A DNA stretch of 64,000 nucleotides. Origin: Eledone cirrhosa (taxonomy: Eukaryota). Within the stretch, counting starts at the first letter, position 1; every line of letters begins with the position of its first letter. A program made the translations under genes and the position numbers. The notes beneath the pieces are model-generated. The model did not search any database, had not been told where the DNA came from, and saw only the letters and a list, made by a program, of their open reading frames with translations. Positions 55,510 to 64,000 of this stretch are shown piece after piece. The stretch covers positions 62,434,001 to 62,498,000 of the forward strand of contig OZ024745.1 in NCBI GenBank assembly GCA_964016885.1. Direction: 5' to 3'.

Positions 55510-58500
55510 CTACAGGATGGTATACAGAGAAGGCCCATTTACACGAGCCATTCTCGCCACTATCACCCACCTTTCATAAAACTGCCTGTGGCCAAGCACC
55601 TCTCTCTCCATTCTTATCCTTCTTCCGAAGTGATATCGGAAGAAGTAGACCAGACTATGGCCAGAGAGGAAGTTGCCTGACCTCAGACCTTTCAATCGTG
55701 TCCACCAAACAACCTCTTTCAACATGGCTATTACGCACAGAAAAACCGCCTTTGCTTCCTTTGTGAAGAGGGGAGGCGGTTTGATTGTCATCACGGACTC
55801 GGCGGTCAATTTAATCGGCGCCACCCGCGACAGCAGTTGTTCGGCGTAGCCCCACAGATCAGCCACGCCCGGACATTGCACCAATGCGTGCGCCACGGAT
55901 TCTTCGTGACGCACGCATCTAGGGCAAATCTTTTTTTTTTTTTTGAGGGATCCCTGCCCGGGCGCCCGTGTCTGTAGAGCCTCTCTCGAACGGGTAGAGC
56001 CCCTCGGTAGCACTGCCAGGCCAGTGACTTCTGGAAGTTGTCCATTGGTCCTGGGCCGAAAGTCCTACCGAACAGGCTGGCCAGTTCGTCTTCCTCCATG
56101 TCCAGCGACTCTCCAAGGGTGTCATCGCCCCTGCTAGCCACCAGCCCTCTATAGAATGATGAGGTGGATTCTCCACCGATGGCCCGGCCCGCTTGCCAGA
56201 GAGCCCTGAGCGCCTGAGCACACTCAGTGTGCCAGTCTCCCAGTTTTCCGGATCTTTGCTTGACCCAGGACTGTAGCTCGGTGAGTGAGACGAGTCTCGG
56301 AAAGGCTCGTTTCACGAACGGAGCCCACACCGGTTGACCAGTGAGGAATACCTGTAGGTGCCGTAGCCTTAATGCGTGCCTACGCATCATCAACCACGGC
56401 ATCCCCAGCCCTCCTTTCGAAGGTTGTTGGCAGCAGATGGATCTTCTCACCATAGGAGGACGCTTCTTCCAAAGAAATTGGAAGAGCATGCGTTCCATGG
56501 TGGTGAGTGTTTCCTTAGGGCAAGGCACGACAGTCAGGCGGTAGTAAGTGACGGACGCTATGTAAATGTTCGCCACCTCCGCCCGGCCTTTTAGGGACAG
56601 CTTACACTTGGCCCATTTCTGGGTTAGTGCAAACACCTTGTTCGTAACCTCGTTCCAGTTCTTTTCCACCTGGAGGTCCGGTCCAAACCAGACCCCAAGC
56701 AACTTTACCGGGCCCTCCGTCCAGTGTCCGACGACACCGTCAGGAGGCATCGGTTTGCCTCTCCACGTTCCGAGTTGCAGCCCGATGGATTTTTCCCGGT
56801 TCAGTTTTGCTCCTGACAACCTTTCGTACTCCTCCAGTAAGGTACCGATCGCCTCGATCTCCGAGTCGGTTGATACCATTACTGTTACGTCATCGGCGTA
56901 GGCCGACACCGCTTTGCTCAATCCTGGTTCCAGGGGGATACCCTGCAACAACTCCAACTTCCTCAGTAAAGGCTCGAGAGTCAATACGTACAGAAGGGAG
57001 GAGAGAGGGCACCCCTGTCGAATGGATCGTGTGATTTCGAACGGCTTCGAAAGGTAGCCGTTCACCTTGATCCTAGAACAGATGTGGTTGCTATGTAGGG
57101 CAGTGATCCAGCCTCTGAAAACAGGACCGAACCCAGCCGCCGCTAGCACCGCATCCAGGTAACCATGGTCGACCCTATCGAAGGCCTTAGACTGATCCAA
57201 GTTGATCAGGGCCCCACCGAAGCCGGGTTTGTTGCCAACCCTCTCTATGATGTATCGCATGAGGTGGAGGTTATCGTGAATGGACCTGGATGGGATAGCA
57301 CATGTCTGCGCATCTCCCACCACGCCACCTACGACAAGCGCCAACCTCTTTGCTAACACCTTGGCCAAAATCTTTAACTCTGTGTTTAGCAGGGTTATGG
57401 GCCGAAAATTATTTATACTATCCCCCTTGTTCTCGTCCTTCCTCACCAGCGTGACTACGCCCTTGGCTACAGAACAAGGAATTCTCCCGTTCTGCTGCCA
57501 ATTGCAGTAGACCGCTTCGAGGAGTTCGGAGAAGAAGACCGGCATTGCTAAATAAAGTTCGTAAGGTATACCATCGAGACCTGGAGATTTGCGTCTGCTG
57601 CATTGGCTCAGCGCATCTCCGATCTCATCAGCCGAGATTGGTCCCTCGCAGGACTCTGCCTCTTTGTTCGAGAGACGCGGCAGGCCGTCGAGGTATGGAC
57701 CGAAATCCACGCCCCGGCCCGGACCCTCGCCTCCCCCGAACAATCGGGCAAAGTGCTTTTGAAAGGCCTCGCACATCTGCTTAGGCTCCCGGATCACTCG
57801 TCCATCTTCGTCTTGCAACGACCGGATGGTGGATCGATTTCCACTTTTAGCTTCTGTCACGCGGGCCCATCCAACGGCTTTGGCCCCCTCATTACCTAGA
57901 GCACGTATTTTACTTCGAATGACGCAGCCTTCATGCTTTGCATCGAAAAACTGGTTCAAGGCCGTCCTCGATGCCATCACTCTGGCCACATCTTCGCTCT
58001 TGATTGCCTCTTCTAATTTACCTGTTAATTCTTTCTCGTTTCTATTCCTATTGGCAGCTAACATCTTGCTATAACTTATTGATTCTGTTCTAATCTCTCT
58101 TTTGAGAGATGCCCACCATCGGTTGTTGACGATTGCACCCGTCAACCTCTCCTTAACTAATCTGCTAATCCGGTTTCTGTAAGTCTCTTTTGCCGGTAAC
58201 GACAAATTAAGTTTCCAGTAACCGGGACCCTGTCTATGTGTTTTCTCGAGATTGACCACGCAGGTCACTAATTTGTGATCCGTGTAGCCAACCGTGCGCA
58301 TTTCTGGACAGCTTAATATGTCCCTATCCTTACTTCTAACTAAGAATCTATCTAAGTACGATCTAGATTGACCACTGTGGTTTCTCCAAGTCCAGGTAGG
58401 CACAGTTGGAAAATCTAGTCGATATCTATCGACCAAGTTAAAACGGTCGAGTAACCCCTTGAGGCTGTTACACCCCCCTCTATTAGGACATGCTCCTGCA

Positions 58501-58955
58501 TAGTCCCAACGTGCATCCAGGATGTCATTCCAATCCCCCGCTAGAAGCAGGGAACGCGACGTTCCCAGAAAAGTCTCCAAACGCTGGAAGAAGTCGGGCC
58601 GTTCAGCTCCGAAAGGGGAGTAGACGGCGACCAGTCTCAAGGCCGCACTTTCACTACTGCCAACGTCTAGCACCAACAAACGACCCTCCGGGTCCGAGTG
58701 CACAACCTGTACGGCAAGACCCAGGTGTTTTTGCAGCAGCACGACAACCCCACCCCCACCTCCAGGTTGACAGAGAGATGCATGCACCTCAAAGTCATCG
58801 AAGGTGGGGGCCAGCTGCCGCATGACGCTGATTCGAGTCTCACAGATAACCATTACATTTATACTACATGACCTGAGGTCATTTAGAAGCTTTGCTTGCT
58901 TCCAAGTTGAGCCCAGGCCACGTGCATTCAAACATCCTACTCTTAACACATCCAT
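55510..58955 (-). CDS. LINE ORF2: APE endonuclease, reverse transcriptase and C-terminal Zn finger; frameshift in A14 run at 55931-55944
   Basis: LNARGL, ICET, AGDWN, SYLDRF, TDHKLV; KSPGLDGIP, NFRPITLLN, DQSKAFDRV, QGCPLS, YADD; CPRC..ESVAHALVQC lies in the shifted frame 55510-56013. Confidence 0.93.
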
Positions 58956-58988
58956 GTGGGCGGCAGAGCCAAAGGAGAGTGTAGAGAC

Positions 58989-60866
58989 CTACCTTTCCGC
59001 TTCCCGGGGTTCGGGTTGCACGACTTCCATGGGGTCGGGGGTGTTGGGTGAAGGGGTGTCTTGTGGTGGTGTGGGGTCGTCGGTGTGTGGTGGGGTTGGG
59101 GTGTTTGGAGTTGTGTTGGGGAGGGGAAGGGGAGGGGGAAAGCTTTTTAGTAGGACGCGGTTTATGGGTTTGACAGAGGGTGGTCCTACGTCCTCCTTAA
59201 AATCCTTTTTTAGTTTTTGGTAGAGGTTCATTGGGATTTTTATTAGTTTTAAATGTGGGTGGTTTTCTGATGAAACAAAGTTTACACCTTCGGTTTGTAC
59301 CGAAGGATTATTGTATATGAGTTCATTTAATTTATTATTGTTTCTGTTGATGTAAGTATAGTGTAATGTCTTTTTTTCCGATGGTGTGAGTGTTTCGAAG
59401 AGGGGAGGGGCAGGTTTGGTTTTGTTTGTTGCTGGAGGGGTGTTTTCTGTTTTGTTAGATTGTGTTGCGATTTGGGTGGGGGTTGTTTGTCCTTGTGTGT
59501 TTTGCACATGTTTTCTTTTTTTCCTTTTAATCTGTCTGAAGGACTCCGTTTCTTCCTCCGAATTCGTTGGGTTATCTTCAGTGTTGGAGGGAAGAGGTAT
59601 GTTTGCTGGTAATGTTTCCGTGTTGGTTTTCTTTGTGGGGGAGATGGATGTCACTATGTTAGACTGTGTTGTGTGTTGTGTCTGCGGTGGTTGTGTTGTT
59701 TTATTGAGTGAGAGGTTGGGTGGGCCTGTATTTTGTTTCGGGGTAATGTGTTGTGACTGTTTGTGTTGTGGTGGTGTTGTGGTGTTACTGAGGGACGGGT
59801 TGGGTGGGACTGAGTTTTGTTGTTTGTTTATCTGTTGTGGTGGTGGTGGTGGAGCTGGTGTTGGTAGCAGAGTTTTCTTTTTGTTGAGTTGTGGACAAGC
59901 GGCCTTCAGGTGCCCTCTGCCTGCACAGATATGGCAGGATGGCCTTCTCCCCTCCACGCTAATGTTTATATACCCGTGGTCCTCTAATAGGATTCTGTCG
60001 GGTATTTGGGCGATGCGTTCAGGCTTCATTTGTACTACCAGCTCTATACCTGTTCCACTGAACGCATTGCCTGTGGTTTTCCCAATGGAAATCACGTTGT
60101 CATTCACTGGATCGATGAAGCCAGCTATGAGCCAGCAGTAGTCCACATCTGGCATCATTGCATCCAGCCATATGCGTTGAGTTTTTTTTCCCATATAAGA
60201 TGGATAAAAGGTGAAATGTTTCGAACGAATCGGTGACAAAGCACATTTTTTTGCCGCCGATTCGTTCTTCATGATAATTGCTAGGCTTCCATACAGTCTG
60301 TCTTTTCTTATGAAAGTTGTTTCATTCAGTACTTCTGCGAGTACTGTTTTGATATCTGCTTGAGAAGGCTGTTCAGGTTTTTTTGTACTGTTGTTGATGG
60401 TCCGAAACTTGACCGTTCGGCTTTCAATGTCTTTCGTGAATTCTTGAGGCATTTTTACCAATAAAATACCATTCTCACCTTCACTTATGTATTGTTTTGC
60501 GTCCGTGATCCTTCGTACCACATCTGAAATGTTTTCCGCTATATAGGTCAAAGATTTCTTTGTTTTCTGTGCAAAAGAAATCTTGTCGTCTGCTTTGTTT
60601 TCTGATATGATGTTATTTTCAACTGTTATTTTTTTGTTTGTTGTGTCTTTGTTTGTGTTATTAGTATTGTCATGCAATTTTTCAAATTTTTTTTTTTCGT
60701 TGTTTTCGTCATTTAATTTTTCCTCCGCAGATTCGTCCGTTTTTATTTTCATTTTTCCTTCCTTCTCTATGACGTTAGTTGGGAAGGAAGGGAGGACTAA
60801 AGCGTGCGAGCTTACAACTCTTACCGCTGTCCCCCCACCACTATTTTCGTTCGCTGCGTTCAACAT
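58989..60866 (-). CDS. LINE ORF1 (nucleic-acid binding, CCHC zinc knuckle, Pro/Thr-rich C-terminus)
   Basis: 625 aa open frame upstream of ORF2; CHICAGRGHLKAAC. Confidence 0.88.
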   Translation of the reverse strand: MLNAANENSGGGTAVRVVSSHALVLPSFPTNVIEKEGKMKIKTDESAEEKLNDENNEKKKFEKLHDNTNNTNKDTTNKKITVENNIISENKADDKISFAQKTKKSLTYIAENISDVVRRITDAKQYISEGENGILLVKMPQEFTKDIESRTVKFRTINNSTKKPEQPSQADIKTVLAEVLNETTFIRKDRLYGSLAIIMKNESAAKKCALSPIRSKHFTFYPSYMGKKTQRIWLDAMMPDVDYCWLIAGFIDPVNDNVISIGKTTGNAFSGTGIELVVQMKPERIAQIPDRILLEDHGYINISVEGRRPSCHICAGRGHLKAACPQLNKKKTLLPTPAPPPPPQQINKQQNSVPPNPSLSNTTTPPQHKQSQHITPKQNTGPPNLSLNKTTQPPQTQHTTQSNIVTSISPTKKTNTETLPANIPLPSNTEDNPTNSEEETESFRQIKRKKRKHVQNTQGQTTPTQIATQSNKTENTPPATNKTKPAPPLFETLTPSEKKTLHYTYINRNNNKLNELIYNNPSVQTEGVNFVSSENHPHLKLIKIPMNLYQKLKKDFKEDVGPPSVKPINRVLLKSFPPPLPLPNTTPNTPTPPHTDDPTPPQDTPSPNTPDPMEVVQPEPREAER

Positions 60867-61097
60867 TTCTGTTAGACGATTGAAATTTTTTACACAAAAT
60901 TTTTTAAAACAGGTTTTTCACCTCTAGGGTAAAGATGAGCTGACCCACCGCCTGACAGTTCAGACGGAGGGTCAAGCTACACAATTGTATCAAAATTAAG
61001 TTTGAACTCACAAAATTTCCTCAATAAATTTGAACAAAACTTCTGTGCGAAGTGAATGACATCCACACTGTAGAACAGACGACAGCTAGATTATCCT

Positions 61098-61216
<119 letters not shown>

Positions 61217-64000
61217 CGTATACATCCGAAGGCAAATAGAAACTATTTAAAGAAGGCAATATATAGAAAAAGTATATAGAAGAAAAACAACCATTAATTA
61301 GGTTTCCCCTTTTCTTGAAGAAATATAAATGTAAGGTATGTATAATTTAATTGTACATCTAACACTATTAAACCAACAAAGAATTTGTTCATATTAATTT
61401 TAAAGTATAAGAAATTATCGAATAATAAATGAAACTTTGTATTCCGCTCCCATGTTAATGTAATGTTTCTATATAACATATTCATGTTTCCATTTAGTGC
61501 ATGCAAGTAATATGATTTACAAAATGTTATCGATACTCTGCAGATTTTCTATATTTTGCTATCCAGATTTATACAGTGATATACTTGTTATACACTTAGA
61601 CACATTCATATAATTTCCAATTTCAATCTTCTGTCAGCAATGTTCAGGTTTTATGACAATCAGTTGCGATATAATTCTAGACCTGTCTTTGCTATTTGTA
61701 TTAATCATAGTAATCTGGTGTTTATATCAAATGGAGTAGCTTTACTGAAAGGGAATCTACTTAGAATATTAAGCTAGCACCGTGAATATCTCAAATGTTT
61801 ATCAACCATAAAACGTGTGAGAGTAAATTTGTGCTTTGCTTATGTTGTATATATTACGTGTTTTTTTAAATTCATAGTCATTTATTCAAAATACCTTAAC
61901 CTCGACCATTCCATTGATAGTCTGTTCTCTTCAAAACATGTACCTTTCCAACGTTGACGTTGTCTTATCTAGTATTAATTTCTTTCTCATATTTACAAAT
62001 TTAACAAAGAAAAAAGTATATTTTTGCTCTAAAGTAGCGGATACATAAATGCACTCTCTTATTATTCGATAAAAAAAATGATGAGTGCAGAAAAAACAAA
62101 CCTTTGATTTATAAAACTCTCCGTAGCAGACAATTTGCTTAGCATATTAAAATGTATATTGAATCATCGAAAAATCATGGAAATTATGCTAATATTACTG
62201 TGGCTGTTAGGACATCACATTTTATATTGAATATAATTTGTACTGTTATAATGCTGACTGTCTTGACAAATACATGATATACCTATTATGCAGTAACATC
62301 GGTAGGAATTTGCATAAAAACAATTTGATTTTATGCTTTGAAGAACAAAAAACTAAAAGAAACAGTTCATAACTGTCTCTATAAAATCTAATATAATATT
62401 GGATTTGGAAGATACATAATGGTTGTTTTGTTTAAAACAAATAAATTTGTATAATTAAACGTATTAGTTTCTTAACTTGTTTAGTTGATATGAGTATTTT
62501 AAGTTTTATGATTTTTCAACGAATGGTAAGAAGAAAGAATTTTGAAAATTGATACCATGTTTCGTTGATATGCTTCTGCCACCAATGGTCTTAGTTTCAT
62601 TGTGATGAAACAGAAATAAATCCTTCAAAATATATTAAAGTTCATATCTCTATCATATTGACCGACCGATAGATTTGGCATATATATTTCATGTTCTTTG
62701 ATACCAGCATTGGTAAATGAATTATATTTGCAGTTAACTCAACAATTCGCAATCTCGCTGGCCGTATTATCAATCATGTACACACATCCACTCACACACA
62801 CACATGCACAAACAGGCACACACACACACATACACACATACACACACACACACACCTAAACCCACACATATGCAAACGCGCGCGCACACACACACATAAA
62901 CGTATAATATATACATACATATATATATGTGTGTGTGTGTGTGTATGTGTGTGTGTGTGTGTAAATATATAGGTTGATGAAGAGATTAATTTTCTCGTAT
63001 CAAATATAAAACAACAGCTTCATAAAAACCCAATATATAAGTCATGTAAACTATTGATTAGATTAAGATTGGCACTTATTTCGAAATATCGCCTATGGAA
63101 GCTTTTCAAAATGAAGTGAAGATTTGCATTTCTGTAATATGAGATCAAGTATATGAAAGTTAGTGGGGGCGTTTTATATTTAAGTATGAGGGAATATGTT
63201 GAATGATCAATAGTAATTCGGTGAAACTATGTTAATTATATGATATTGCATGAGACTAATGCCGGTATGAAATGTATATTAAACACCACTGAACGAAAAT
63301 GTGTGTGAGAGTGTGTGTTAGAGTAGGTATTATTTTAATGAATCATTACATTATAAACAGATAATTATATTTGACATATTATTGCAAAGGCTATATTCAG
63401 CAATTTTATTGTGAAATTATATATCAGAAAATTACATTGTAATAATTACTTTCAAACACATTATTAAACGATTTAAAACACCATTTCTAAACTCAATATC
63501 CATAGTTTTCCTACTATGCAGCTGGAAGTACATTCTCGATGAGAAGGCGAACACCTTTTTACTTTGATTGTTAGAAAGTATAGAATTTGTCGTAAGCAAA
63601 TTAAGTTCCAGTTGAATTAGATTTGAAACAATACACATATATATCATAAATATACGAATATTGTAAGTCACTTCTAATCAATGTGAAGGCCTGCGTATAG
63701 TTTAATATGTACAAATCTTTATTTATTTATATCGATCTATCTTTCCCTCTTTCCTTCTTTGTTCCGTCCTATATACATACACACATACATATATATATAT
63801 ATTTCGTTGACAAATCTTTCAATATGCCCAGACATGTAGATATATTGCGCTTGGTATGACAGTGTGGTTTTAGCTCAAAGTAGGATAACTAGTATACTAC
63901 AGAGCCGTTATAGTTATAGGAATAACCAAAGAGTGCTTAGATATACATTGTTTTATTAGCTAACAGTGTTTCATCCATACACCATGGCAGGATTATTCAG

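Larger units (their letters stand above)
55293..61095 (-). mobile_element. Near full-length L1/Tx1-type LINE flanked by (GATA)n
   Basis: 5' UTR, ORF1, 33 bp spacer, ORF2, 3' UTR with AATAAA and (TATC)n tail; exact 5' boundary uncertain (~61070-61097). Confidence 0.93.

Noticed and set aside
55943-60927. Plus-strand ORFs (e.g. 59386-60141, 251 aa)
   Set aside because: Antisense shadows of the LINE ORFs; low complexity, no motifs

Overview
AT-rich, microsatellite-laden eukaryotic DNA with no recognisable host protein-coding gene, so probably intergenic or intronic. The repeat repertoire suggests a cephalopod (octopus-like) genome, but that is inference. Almost all interpretable sequence is transposon-derived: (i) a near full-length L1/Tx1-type LINE (ORF1 with a CCHC knuckle; ORF2 with APE-RT-Zn finger) sitting in (GATA)n next to an older truncated relative; (ii) at least two lineages of Penelope-like elements (PLEs) with GIY-YIG endonuclease; (iii) a Buster-type hAT and a mariner relic; (iv) RTE, R4/Dong-like and Ingi/Vingi-like LINE fragments; (v) about 9 tRNA-derived SINEs. 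The most striking feature is about 20 hammerhead ribozyme (HHR) motifs, several fully canonical and some with a compensated U3-A8 core. They are carried by PLE pseudo-LTRs (pLTRs) and by many short, ORF-less fold-back mini-elements that all sit in (TA)n tracts. Most ORFs in the supplied track are microsatellite read-throughs. All folds and alignments were done by eye.
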